Assembly (NCBI RefSeq): GCF_006345805.1
Contig: NC_042998.1
Span: 28,644,001-28,708,000 of the forward strand
Length of the DNA stretch: 64,000 nt
Origin: Octopus sinensis
Lineage: Eukaryota
Direction: 5' to 3'
Positions 52,261 through 64,000 of the stretch are shown piece by piece (the first letter of the stretch is position 1; every line of letters starts with the position of its first letter). The translations under genes and the position numbers were made by a program. Under the pieces are notes generated by a model. The model saw nothing but the letters and a program-made list of their open reading frames with translations, searched no databases and had not been told where the DNA came from.

Positions 52261-52404
52261 AGTAAAGTAGCTTGCTTACCAACCACATGGGTCCGGGTCC
52301 AGTCCTACTGCGTGGCACCTTGGGCAAGCGTCTTCTACTATAGCCCCGGGTCGGCCAAAGCCATGTGAGTGGTTTTGGTAGACGGAAACTGAAAGAATCC
52401 CGTC

Positions 52405-52450
<46 letters not shown>

Positions 52451-52471
52451 TATATATATGTGTGTGTGTAT

Positions 52472-52514
<43 letters not shown>

Positions 52515-52808
52515 AGTGTGTGTGTGTGTATAAGTGTGTGTGTGTGTGTATAAGTGTGTGTGTGTGTGTATAAGTGTGTGCGTGTATGTGTATGTGTTTG
52601 TGTGTGTGTTGTCCTCCCCCAACATCGCTTGACAGCCGATGTTGGTGTGTTTACGTGCCCGTAACTTAGCGATTCGGCAAAAGAGATCGGCAGAATAAGT
52701 TCTTGGCTTACAAAGAATAAGTCCTAGGGTCGACTTGTTCGACTAAAGGCGGTGCTCCAGCATGGCCGCAGTCAAATGACTGAAACAAGCAAAAGAATAC
52801 AAAAGAAT
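52261..52808 (+). mobile_element. SINE family B
   Basis: Family match, with expanded TA/TG linker. Confidence 0.9.
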
Positions 52809-53403
52809 AAAACGCCCATATTGTGTGTGCCGTTGGTATTCTACTCTAGTTTGGACTCTGAAACAGAATGATTCTGCCGAGAATTATAGGCTTCGTCTCT
52901 TCAACAAACGGGTTCCGTGGGATTTTAATGAGCGTAAGTATAACGAAGACGTGTGAGTATGCCTGGGCGCCTACAGATTTGCACTCAGTAACTTTATCAA
53001 GTGTTTTCCAAGTGAAGATTTATGTATAATAACCAAAATCCGTGTCTTAGCATTAATGCCAGGAAGGATGTTATCAGTTCGGTATAAGCTATACAGTCAT
53101 AGAAGATTAGTCAGAGAATTAAGACGGGTTTGAACTTGGTGATACAATGTCCGCATTTAGGCTGCCTGTTTAAGTTTACCAAAATAAGAACTGCTGGAGA
53201 GAATCAGTAGAGAATCGGAAAACGCTTTGCGCTATTCATAACTTAAATCTCACCAAGGACAACTTTGTCTTTTGTGGCTCCAGGGAAGACACAATAACTT
53301 ACTGGTCAAGTAGTGAGATCGATGGTATCGATCTACCCCAAAATTCGCTTACCGAACGCTTAAACTAGAAACATTATTATTGTTGTCATCGTTATTATTA
53401 TTA

Positions 53404-53941
53404 TTGAGTGAGAGGTCAGCGCATGCCATCAAAGTGTCACTAGAGTGCAATTATACGAAGCCCAGTATACCCAAAATGATAAGAGTACACCAGGCACATG
53501 CATCACAACCATATGTGCGCGACATGGTGATCTTATATCAAGATAAGCAGCGCATGACTTTGCAGGTGAGGACCCAGTTAGAATTTTCTTCTGGTCGAGT
53601 AACCCATCCTGCTCAAAAGGTCCCTGAATAAGGGTTGTTTAAGGATGTTGAACAAAACACCCATGTTTCCAAAGGTGAATTATCCAAACCCCAAAGTAAT
53701 CCTTTCAGCACATGTCTATGATGCTCTCCCACTACTCCTGCTTGTGATCACATATCGTCAACCACCAAGGGCCATGCTCAACTGGTTAAGGTCAAGTAAC
53801 TGACAAGCAAATCTGTGGTATGGAGCAGAATATTTGCTGCAGCCCATCTTTTATACCAAGACAAAACAACGTACATGATAACACTTCCAATCAGTTATGA
53901 TCAGAAGCCATAAGAGCTACTGTCTGGTACTGCATCAGGGC
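53404..53941 (-). mobile_element. Family D, full-length copy
   Basis: Reverse complement of 22147-22700; begins in the AAT/GAT tail of the adjacent LINE. Confidence 0.8.
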
Positions 53942-53947
53942 TTTCTC

Positions 53948-55636
53948 ATCATCATCATCATTATTATTATTATGTTTGGCTTTTGCTTTGCATTTGTACA
54001 AGTTGACTCTCGCCCAAATATCTCAAGAGACAGCAAATTAGAATTTCAAGTCGGTGTTATGACTAAGGTGCCATATATTTTGTTTTGCACAGAGTATTGT
54101 TCTAGAGAATGTCTGTCAAGAGATAAATTAAATTAGAAGTTTGTCTTAAAAACAATTTGATTATAAGATGATAGTCTGATGTTAAGATGACAGTAAAATA
54201 TATTTGGTGTTATGTACATTTAAAAGTATTTTGACACTGTTTACAGATTAAAATATTTTGGGGATGACATAGACAATATTTTACATAGAATATGGGCAGT
54301 TTCCATGAGCACTAGTTTTTGAATTTCTACCATTTTTTGGATTTCTCGGTGTCTGGCTTAGGTAGCAATCAGCCCCTTTTTCTATCAATGCACCTATGAA
54401 AACAAGTGCTGTTTTAGTCTTCAGGTTCCACATTTTGCCAATTTCTGTTTCAAGATCTTTATACTTGCTTAGTTTTTAGTAGGTCTTGACAGATACAATT
54501 ATGTCGATGGGACACTCATATCGATGAGGAGGCATGATTTTTGTCTGAAATCCTTCAATATAATGTCTGGCCTATTTGCATCTTTCAGTATGAGCAGTAA
54601 AGTTCCAAAGGAGTGAGATTCGGTCATTTTCAAGCACTGGGGGTAGTTTGTGTTCCCAGTAGATTTTATCATGGGGTAGGTCCAAGTCTTTGCAAATTAC
54701 CCAGTGAATATACTGTGCTGCTCTATCATGCCTGTTGAGATACTCTGTAGGCGCAAGAAGACTGCACATGGAGACAATATGATTAATGGTTTCATTTTGT
54801 TGTATATATAGACATGTTGGGCTACTGCCGTTCTTTAAAATGAAGCTTCTTGTAGGTAGGCATTGATCTTGTGATGCTATGATAGACACTTCTGTCTCTG
54901 ATTTTAAGCCAGAAAACACTAACCATTGATAGATAAGGGTTTTATCAACATCGGCATTATTAGCTCTCTTTGCGTATTTGTCATTAAGAGGTTTTTCTTG
55001 CCATTTATCAGTAAGAATATCTAAGGGAACAGTTTTAGCACGGTTTTTTTTTTACACTTAGCTTTTTCTGTACTTGTTTCCAGTACGTCTAATTCTGGGA
55101 TTTGTTGTATTTAGAATTCACTTAGATATTTCTTTGCCTGTTTTGTTACTAAGTATGACGTTTTCTTGTTTTCATTCTTTAAGACAGGTTTTAAAATTCA
55201 GTCCTCAGAGTTTTTCAGGCAGGTGTCTAGGCCAACTGGGGCAATCTTCATTGTTAATTCCAGTTGTAAAAGCACACGGCCAGCCTCCTTTCTTGGCAGG
55301 TAAAGCCGTTCTATATCTGCCCTAGGGTGGTGCATTCTATGCACTGTCAACAATATTCGTATTTTTCTGTCAAGATTACAGTAATTGACCCGTTAATGAT
55401 ATTGAAACTGTAAATCACAACCGATATGGCTAAAGTATTGATCGCTTCGATCCTGTTTCTTGCTTTCAACTCTGTCTTGAGTATTGCCCTTTAACTGCAA
55501 TAATATTCTTTTCTGATCTTTTCCCTCAATATTGAATGCTTGATTCCATCACCTTCAAATGACCCTAGGTATCTGTAGCTCTCCGCTGGTTCTAGCTCCT
55601 TTATGACACCCTGTTGGTCAAGATTATTATTATTAT
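53948..55636 (-). mobile_element. 5'-truncated R4/Dong-like LINE, decayed
   Basis: ESYRYLG..AINTLA..RLYLPRK..GLKSETE..QDQ..RHDRAAQYIHW..LLWNF..TAHIL; (AAT)n at both junctions. Confidence 0.9.
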
Positions 55637-56009
55637 CGGTGTTGTTGTTTAATACATTTGTATAGAGAAGGGTGTTTGAAACATATTAATGTAGATAAAG
55701 TAGATATTTACCTGATTCTTTTACTGTGGAGTTTGCAGGTAAAGTAGAAACATCCTACCTTTCTCTTTATATATAAAGTGGTTGTATAAAGTCAACATGA
55801 CGTGACAGTCCCGTAGAGGGAATTACACCACCGCTATTGATTGGCTGAATTTTTTTCTCGTTACCTGAAAGGCCGGAACGTCGGCTCAGCTACGTCAGTA
55901 AATGAAAAGTCTGTTTTAGAACATTATCTTAATTTTTTTGTTGGATTAGAATTTTTTTTCAAAATTTTTTTATCAAATGCCTCTTTCGTTCAATCGCGGT
56001 CGTTGTCGT

Positions 56010-56283
56010 CTTCATCATCATCATCATCATCAATATCCCTTAACTGTTGCAGCTAGTCGTTGGGGTGCCACACTAGGCGCTTTTTTAGTCAGCCGTCGCC
56101 ACTGATCTCCATTCTCTGTGACGCGTAGCAGGTTCGTTGTGTTCTGACCTGATAAATCCATAATAATGTCGATCCAGGATCTTTTTGGTCTTTGCTTCTC
56201 TTTCGACCTCCCTTAACTGTGCTTTGAAGAATGGTTTTGAGCAGGGAGATGTAGTTGAATACATAACAGTGCCAGGCAAACTA
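56010..56283 (-). mobile_element. RTE LINE 3' end with (TGA)n tail
   Basis: KTILQSTVKGGR..WIDIIMDLSG..WRRL..APQR then (TGA)n. Confidence 0.8.
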
Positions 56284-56590
56284 CACAAAGATAAGGGAAA
56301 GACAGAAGAACAAGTAGAATTTAGGCCCAAAAGGAATATTGCGAAGCAGATATTTAACATTAGACGGCTCAATGCGAAACATTTGAAACGGCAATCTGAC
56401 CTCTGGCACAACTTCATCGATTTCAAAACAGATCTTTGATCATGTTTAAGCTCGATGGGTTATGACAGGTGATGAAAAATTACAACTTCGACCACAAACC
56501 TCATCGAAATAATTCAAGCGTACAGTTCTCACCGGAGAATTCTTCGGGACAACAGTGGGTGTTCGACAAGGATGTTTCCTTTTTCTGGTG
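56284..56590 (+). mobile_element. RTE RT fragment in opposite orientation
   Basis: EEQVEFRPKR..QIFNIR..HNFIDFK..TTVGVRQGC. Confidence 0.8.
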
Positions 56591-56689
56591 CTTTTCTCTC
56601 CTAATTTGTTTATGTATATTTACATTTATGCGTAAATATGCGTAGATACATACATAAATATATGTAAATTTGCATAGATAGAGGAATAC

Positions 56690-57110
56690 TCACATAAGTA
56701 AATATACACATATATATAGGGAGAATAAGGCGGCGAGCTGGTAGAAATGTTTAGCGATATTTTGTCTGCCGTTACGTTCTGAGTTCAAATTCCGCCGAGG
56801 TCGACTTTGCCTTTCATCCTTTCGGGGTCGATAAATTAAGAACCAGTTACGCACTGGGGTCGATACAATCGACTTAATCCATTTGTCTGTCCTTGTTTGT
56901 CCCCTCTGTGTTTAGCCCCTTGTGGGTAGTAAAGAAATAGATATATAGGGAGAATTCATTAAAAAAAAAGCAAAAGACGAAGACAGGTGGTGTACAAAAC
57001 AAACAGATGTATTAATTTAACACTCGGGAATTGAAAAAGTCTTTAACGTTTGAACCTACGCTCTTCCACAGAAAGGAACAGAGAAAGAAACAAGGAGAGA
57101 AAATAACGAA
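56690..57110 (-). repeat. Second copy of the 43850 family (hammerhead relic 57040-57076), interrupted by SINE A1 56727-56940
   Basis: CTGTGGA-A-GAGCGTAGGTTC-AAACGTT-AAAGA; SINE TSD ATATATAGGGAGAAT at 56712-56726 and 56941-56955. Confidence 0.8.
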
Positions 57111-57286
57111 TTGCATACATAAGTGAATTTTATACGCACACACACAATTCATAGATACATTTTAAGTTAAAGAAATGAACAACTATGAGTGCTGTATTTA
57201 GCAAACTAATAAATACCATAATGGTATTAAATCAAAATGATGTGCAATCGTGATCATGACGACGACGACGACGACGACGATGATTA

Positions 57287-58325
57287 TTACTCTTTTACTT
57301 GTTTCAGTCATTTGACTGCGGCCATACTGGAGCACCGCCTTTAATCGAGCAACTCGACCCCGGGACTTATTCTTTCGTAAGCCCAGTACTTATTCTATCG
57401 GTCTCTTTTGCCGAACCGCTAAGTAACGGGGACATAAACACACCAGCATCGGTTGTCAGGCAATGCTAGGGGACAAACACAAACATACACGCACACATAT
57501 ATATACATATATACGACGGGCTTCTTTCAGTTTCCGTCTACCAAATCCACTCACAAGGCTTTGGTCGGCCCGAGGCTATAGTAGAAAACAGTTGCCCAAG
57601 GTGCCACGCAGTGGGACTGAACCCGGAACCATGTGGTTGGTAAACAAGCTACTTAGCACACAGCCACTCCTACGCCTATGATTACAGAAATAAAGAATAT
57701 AATTACTTCTATTCTCGGCAGAAGGCCTTGAATATTTTTTGGGGGAAGGGGACCAGTCGATTATTTTGACCACAGTGCGTAACTAGTACTTATTTCGTCG
57801 ACCCCGAAAGGATGAAAAGCAAAGGCAACGTCGGCGGAATTTGAACTCAGAACGTAAAGACGGACGAAATACCGCTAAGTATTTCGCACGGCGTGCTTAC
57901 GCTTCTACCAGCTCACCACCTAGACATCTTTTCTTCTCTAGTCACAAGGCCTGAAATTTTTGGGAAGGGGGCCAGTCGATTAGACCGACCTCAGTACGCA
58001 ACTGGTACTTAATTTATCGACCCCGAAAGGAATAAAGGCAAAGGCGACCTCGGTGGAATTTGAACTCAGAACATAAAGACAGACAAAATACCTATTTCTT
58101 TACTACTCACAAGGGGCTAAACACAGAGAGGACAAACAAACACAGAGAAACGGATTAAGTCGATTATATCAACTCCAGTGCGTAACTGGTACTTATTTAA
58201 TCGACCCCGAAAGGATGAAAGACAGAGTCGACCTCGGCGGAACTTAAACTCAGAACGTAAAGACAGACGAAATACCACTAAGCATTTCACCCGGCGTGCT
58301 AATGATTCTGCCAGCTCGCCACCTT
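57287..58325 (-). mobile_element. SINE B (57287-57676) and SINE A array (57700-58325)
   Basis: Family match. Confidence 0.85.
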
Positions 58326-58635
58326 ACATATAATAAGAATCATGATGATGATGATGCTAATAATAATAATTGTTTTGTTTCCGAAAGGAAATGTTGCTAT
58401 CATAGGGCTAGTGATGAAGGTTTGATCTTAGAGAACTTGAAAAAATATCGCTTTACACATGTTAGCAACTGGAATGAATGGTAGTTGTGTTGAGTGTAGC
58501 GCTGGTTACTCTCATAGCGTTAGTGTTGTGTTGTTCTTACTGATGTTGTCGTTGTTAGTGACGATGACGGTAGATAGTAGGAATGTAGTTCTGTTAGGTA
58601 CCTGTCAGAAAGTGAAGAAACGAAAAATAGAAAAA

Positions 58636-59046
58636 GTGCGCAGGAGTGGCTGTGTGCTAAGTAGCTTGCTTACCAACCACATGGCACCTTCGGCAAGTAT
58701 CTTCTACTATCGCCTCGGGCCGACCGAAGCCTTGTGAGTGGATTTGGTAGACGGAAACTGAAAGAAGCCCGTCGTATATATGTATATATATGAGTAAATA
58801 AAAAGGGGTTTGTATGATTGTGTATAGAAGGATATATATTATTCAAAGGGATTCCAACTCTGTTTTTATGTTTTATTTATATTTTTTATATAATATTAAT
58901 GTAGAATATAGAATGTATAGTAAAATGAAATGAAGTATTGATTGTCTTATTGAATAGATGAAATATTGAATATCAAATATTAAGGGACTAGTATACTTTC
59001 TTGCATTAAAGCAGTCTTCAAGTTCCCAGGTTGGGACAGGAGTGTG

Positions 59047-59123
<77 letters not shown>

Positions 59124-59400
59124 GTGTGTATATATCTGTGTATCTGTGTTTGCCCCCCCCCCCCCCCAACATCACTTGACAACCGATGCTGGTGTGTTTA
59201 CGTCGCCGTAACTTAGCGGTTCGGTAAAAAAGAGACTGATAGAAATAAGTAATAGGCTTACAAAGAATAAGTCCTGGTGGGGAAAGGTGGGGAAAGGGTA
59301 GATTTGCTCGACTAAAAAGTCGGTGCTCCAGCATGGCCGCTGTTTAAAAAAATGACTGAAGCAAGTAAAAAGAGAGTAAAAAAAAAAAAGCGTAAAAAAG
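58636..59400 (+). mobile_element. SINE B split in its (TA)n linker by the 58805-59045 repeat
   Basis: Head at 58636-58790, right arm at 59130-59400. Confidence 0.8.
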
Positions 59401-60115
59401 AGAGTCGTCGACAAGGTAGGAGAGGAACCGAACAAAGTATTGAAACTTGCAAGTCTTAAAATTCTGCTACAACACAGACAGCAGTAACGGCTGCAGCAGC
59501 AGTAGCAACAGCAGCAGCAGTTGTTGTTGCAAGTGCAGCAAAATCCGAAGCAGCAGCAGCAGCAGGGTCAGCAGGGTCAGCAGTCATATTCCTTCACTCG
59601 CTCACTACTCCCGTTGGTGTTGCTACCGTACGGCTACTACAATGGGCGGCGGCGGTGATCGTTGCAGTCAGAATTGGCAGTACGATGTAGTAATGAAGTC
59701 TTTAAACTAGTCATTCAATCGGAAATTTAAACTATATCGATTTCTTTTGACTTGGACACAAGATAAAATTGCTCAAGTGGAGAGAGAGGGGAAAAAATAA
59801 AAAGTGGAATGGTCGGTTCAGTTGACTCACGTACAATACCGGGTGGGGGATGTTTTATTGACCCGGAAAACAAATGGTAGGTAAAAGAAAAGTCGATTTT
59901 GTGAGAGAATTTTTTGGGGAAAAATTTTGATTTCTCTCTTGACGAGGTCCTGCTGCTACTGGTGTTGCTGTTGGTGGTGGTGGAATGCATCAATAGAGTA
60001 AATAAAAATCATAAGGAGTTGATGATCAAGCCCCCCATGTCGTAGCTCATCTTGCTAGAAATAGCAACCAAATTTCCGATAAATCACACTTACCGTTCAA
60101 AAAGAAAATGACAAA

Positions 60116-60507
60116 TCTCTCTCTATATAAAGCTGAAGTTCTCTGTGTATGGCAGGTTTGGTAGCCTTCAACTAACACTATCTCCTCCGAGACCCTGCGG
60201 CGCAAGTTGACCAAAATTGAGAGTATGATAGAAGGCTTGCTCTTCCTTCTGTAAAAGTAAAAAAATTCAAATCGGACCATGTTAACACCAAAAATTATTT
60301 ACATCAAAAAGGTGCGTTTTTTTCTATGAAAATCCCTATTTTTTACGATTTTTGGACTTCTGTGTCGCCATTTTTCGGTGTATTTCAACCAGAAAAATGT
60401 TCACTTAAAGAGAATAACAAGCTACATAATGCAAAATTTTTACTTTTCAAAAATTCCAATTCTAAAGGGTCGAAACAAACCCGAGCAACGCCGGGCGATA
60501 CTGCTAG
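60116..60507 (+). mobile_element. Non-autonomous Helitron, second copy
   Basis: TC start, CCCGAGCAACGCCGGG hairpin and CTAG end; A/T insertion site; close match to 49987. Confidence 0.85.
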
Positions 60508-61221
60508 TTTAGTAATAAATGTAGTCTGTGTTAGTCGTGGCCGGAGATGTCTTTGGTTATAAATCTGCTGGTTCACCTCGCGAGGATGTTTTTTGTTTGG
60601 TCGTTTGACCACAGAAAGGCAACATGGAGTAAAAACAGAATAAGGTAATAGGGAAAAGGAAACACAGGGGAGAAGAACAAATAGTCATTGAGGAGGTCAC
60701 AAGATGTGTGATGAAAGGACTTTGACAAAATAAACAATAACTGATAGTAACAAAGCTGAAGTGAAGGTCGAACAGTGCGTGTGTTTACTGGCAAAATGAC
60801 CGTCCCCAAATAGAAGGGGTTAGTGCTTTTTAGTTAAATTGAAAGTTGTTACATGTAAGTTGTTACATGCCTGGGGTAAGTTGATACACTGTAACAATTA
60901 GCCCCGACCATGAATTTCTGGGGATTACCTCGAACATGGCACTAGCAATGCATGGCAACCAGGACACACCTTCATGTATCGAAGGCAACTTCCAACACTT
61001 TTTAATGAGCCACAAACTACTTCAGTAACACCGCTTGTGCTTTAGTGGTTAAAGAAATAACTTTGTGGCAAAATTTCACTTTTTGGAGCAAACAAATCGT
61101 TTTTTGAGCCATACCTTTCCTGGTGACAGCCCACCAGTGCAATACACATGTGCAGTCATGACGCTATGGAGTTGGCCTTCACGAGGTAGAGACTCGAGTG
61201 CCACCTATTTCTTAAAGTTGA

Positions 61222-61625
61222 AGGCGTCGAGCTGGCAGAACCGTTAGCACGCCGGGTAAAATACTTAACAGTATTTCGCCCGTAGCTACGTTCTGAGTTC
61301 AAATTCCGCCGAGGTTGACTTTGCCTTTCATCCTTTCGGGGGTCAACAAATTAAGTACCAGTTACGCACTGGGGTCGATATAATCGACTTAATCTGTTTG
61401 TCTGTCCTTGTTTGTCCCCTCTGGGTGTTAGCCCCTTGTGGGTAGTAAAGAAATAGGTATTCCGTCTGTCGTTACGTTCTGAGTTCAAATTTCGCCGAGG
61501 TCGACTTTGCCTTTAATCCTTTCGGGGTCAATGAAATAAGTACCAGTTAAACACTACGGTCGATTTAGTCAATTAATCCCTTCCCCTAAAATTTCAGGCC
61601 TTGTGCCTATAGTAAAAAAGAAAAT
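61222..61625 (+). mobile_element. SINE A1/A2 dimer
   Basis: Junction AAATAGGTATTCCGTCTG. Confidence 0.85.
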
Positions 61626-62189
61626 AATAATATTTCTTGAAGTTGGAAACGATGGGCTTGCAACAACTTACCCGTGTAACAACTAGACCCGGCCTCCCCT
61701 TCTATTGTCGCTGTTATTACAACAAATGTAGCTGCTAGCAACTTAAATACTTATAACTACAATTGCTACGTTTTGCTATTCTAATTCTTCATTCTCTCTT
61801 CTTTCAAACTATTTAACTCTAACAAAGAAAGCGCAACACCTACTCTCCAATTAAGAAAGCTCAGCCAATTACCGTTTCTGCAGTCATCAAAACACCTAAC
61901 GTGACAAAACAAACGTTGTTACTGATTTTATATGCCTCGAAGGAAAAATTATATTATCACAGGTGACTTCAATGCAGAAGCCCACATCTGGTGCTTTCGC
62001 AGACAAAAACTGCAGAAGACAAAAATCATTATTGCAATCATGCCGCTTCGGAACTGTAATCAACAAGCTTCTCGCCCTCGATCATCTCTCACACTTCAAA
62101 TAACCAACACGACTACACTTTCATGTTAAAATACTACTCGTATTCATTACTTCAGATCCATCTTCCTACTTCCTTTTTTTTTTTTTTAG

Positions 62190-62623
62190 TTCTTTCAGCC
62201 ATTAAGTACCATGACTGCGGCCATGCTGGAGCACTGCCTTCAAGAATTTTAGCCGAAATAAATCGACCTCAGGGCTTGTCCTATCGAACCCTTTTGCCGG
62301 ACCGCTAATTTACGGGGATGTCGACCCTGGTTGTCAAGCGGTGGAGGACAAACACAAAGACACATTATATATATATATATATATATATACCGGAGTAAAC
62401 ACATAAATGTGAAACAAGGTGGAAAAAGAGTACTCAAATACCAGTGGTAGAGTAATATGCTTTATTTTAAGCAGCAGAAAATTCAACAAAATCTGTTACT
62501 CTGAGTTTCTCGTTGCCGTTCATCAGACAGTTTTTGCTAGAATCTAGCAAAAACTGTCTGATGAACGGCAACGAGAAACTCAGAGTACAGATTTTGTTGA
62601 ATTTTCTGCTGCTTAAAATAAAG

Positions 62624-62655
<32 letters not shown>

Positions 62656-63040
62656 TAATCCAAACATGAAAACAAAGAGAAAACACAACAGCGCGAGGAC
62701 GTGGAACAAGTATAGTGTTATTGGACGCTCAGGAAAGGAAAGAAAGAAGGAGGATTTAACGTTTCGTCAGAAACATAGGAAAGGGGAAGATCCAAGGAAG
62801 GGAAGACGGAGGAAAAAAAATCGCCAACAATACACACGCGGTCACAATTGTTTATATATATATATATATACATACTCACACACGACGAACTACTTTCAGT
62901 TTCCGTCGATCAAATCCACTCACAAGGCCTTCGTCGAGGGGAGAAGAAAATTGTCCAATGTGGGACGCAGTGGGATCGAACTCGGAACCATGTAGTTGGA
63001 AAGCAAATTCCTTACCACACAGCCACGCTTGCGCTTATGT
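62190..63040 (-). mobile_element. SINE B split by AT-rich hammerhead-family inserts
   Basis: Right arm at 62190-62360, head at 62875-63040, inserts between them within (TA)n. Confidence 0.75.
62460..62623. repeat. 82/81-bp-arm palindrome with mirrored hammerheads (62493-62530 minus; 62554-62590 plus)
   Basis: One bulge only; minus arm reads CTGT-CTGATGA-ACG(GCAA)CGA-GAAA-CTCAGAG-TA-ACAG. Confidence 0.9.
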
Positions 63041-63663
63041 TCATATACTTAAACTAGACAAATAAGGTAACCAGATAACAAGAAAGTTTTATACGGTAGT
63101 TGATCTGCAAGAAGAAGCAACTAAATCGCTCTCGCATCACACTCACTTTAATACCCAACAAACCAAAGAAAACAAAGAAAACTTTTCTGTAACGATGGCC
63201 TTAGTGCTTATGCTATCGAACCCTTTTGCCGGACCGCTAATTTACGGGGACGTCGACCCCGGTTGTCAAGCGGTGGAGGACAAACACACACACACACATA
63301 TATATTTAATTTGCTTTGCGGGAAGGACTGTTTCAACGAAGTCGCGTATTGTCCTTGCCTTCGAAAACGCGGAGTAGATGAAACAGGGACAACTGAAGAA
63401 GGGGAATATTCTTTTTGCTGCATGTCTCGTTTCTCTGTTTGTTTTTTTGTTGTTGTTCGAAAAAATGTTCGTTTTCTATGTTCTTGGTTTTATGTTTTCG
63501 ATTCTCATTGTGTTCAACGTTTCTTTTGTCCTGTACCCCTATATGCATGTATATATACGTATATATGTAGGTATGTACATATATGTATGTATATATGCAT
63601 ATATTTATATATTATTTATATTATTATTATATGATCGAACGCTACGCATCCTTTTCCAAGTAA

Positions 63664-63723
<60 letters not shown>

Positions 63724-64000
63724 CATACACACACACGCACTCACTCATACACGACGAACTTCTTTCAGTTTCCGTCTATCTGTACAGCAAGGAAAATTAC
63801 TTCTGTGTTAGCCACATAATATAACGTCTGCTGAAGATTTATGCTTGCAGAATAAAGATCGAAAGCCTCCGGTTGACAAGAGATCAGAAATAGAATTAAG
63901 CTGACCACAAGAATATAATAATGTAAAACGTCCTCGAGTCATGTCGAACATAAACACCTGCATCATGTAAGATATATCACGCATAGGTGGCGAGCTGGAG

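Noticed and set aside
59400-59720. Ala/Ser/Gln-rich coding exon
   Set aside because: Low-complexity CAG-type sequence with short ORFs and no recognisable domain or clear splice pair

Overview
AT-rich, intron- or intergenic-like eukaryotic DNA. It is most likely from an octopus or other cephalopod genome, judging by the microsatellite load and SINE types (inference). No intact protein-coding gene is supported, and most ORFs in the supplied track are translated microsatellites. The window is a dense mosaic of: dozens of tRNA-derived SINEs (called families A, B, C and G here); decayed R4/Dong-type, RTE and CR1/L2-like LINE fragments; mariner and pogo/Tigger transposase relics; Helitron, Helentron-type, hAT and Tc1-like non-autonomous elements; and mini- and microsatellites. 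The most notable signal is at least five unrelated AT-rich repeat families that each carry a minimal type-I hammerhead-ribozyme topology with a short, mostly palindromic stem III. These often sit in (TA)n tracts and are associated with long fold-back palindromes, one with a mirrored ribozyme and one with a flip/flop loop, which resembles Penelope-like/retrozyme terminal repeats. Other signals are a SINE whose TSDs share an RRTAT motif with its own 3' end and which forms head-to-tail multimers, a 550-bp non-coding element that lands in (AAT)n as Dong-type LINEs do, and two RTE insertions with twin-priming-like 5' inversions. Two weak candidate exons and a TF-motif cluster are noted. All coordinates were read by eye, and element boundaries are approximate unless a TSD or TIR is given.
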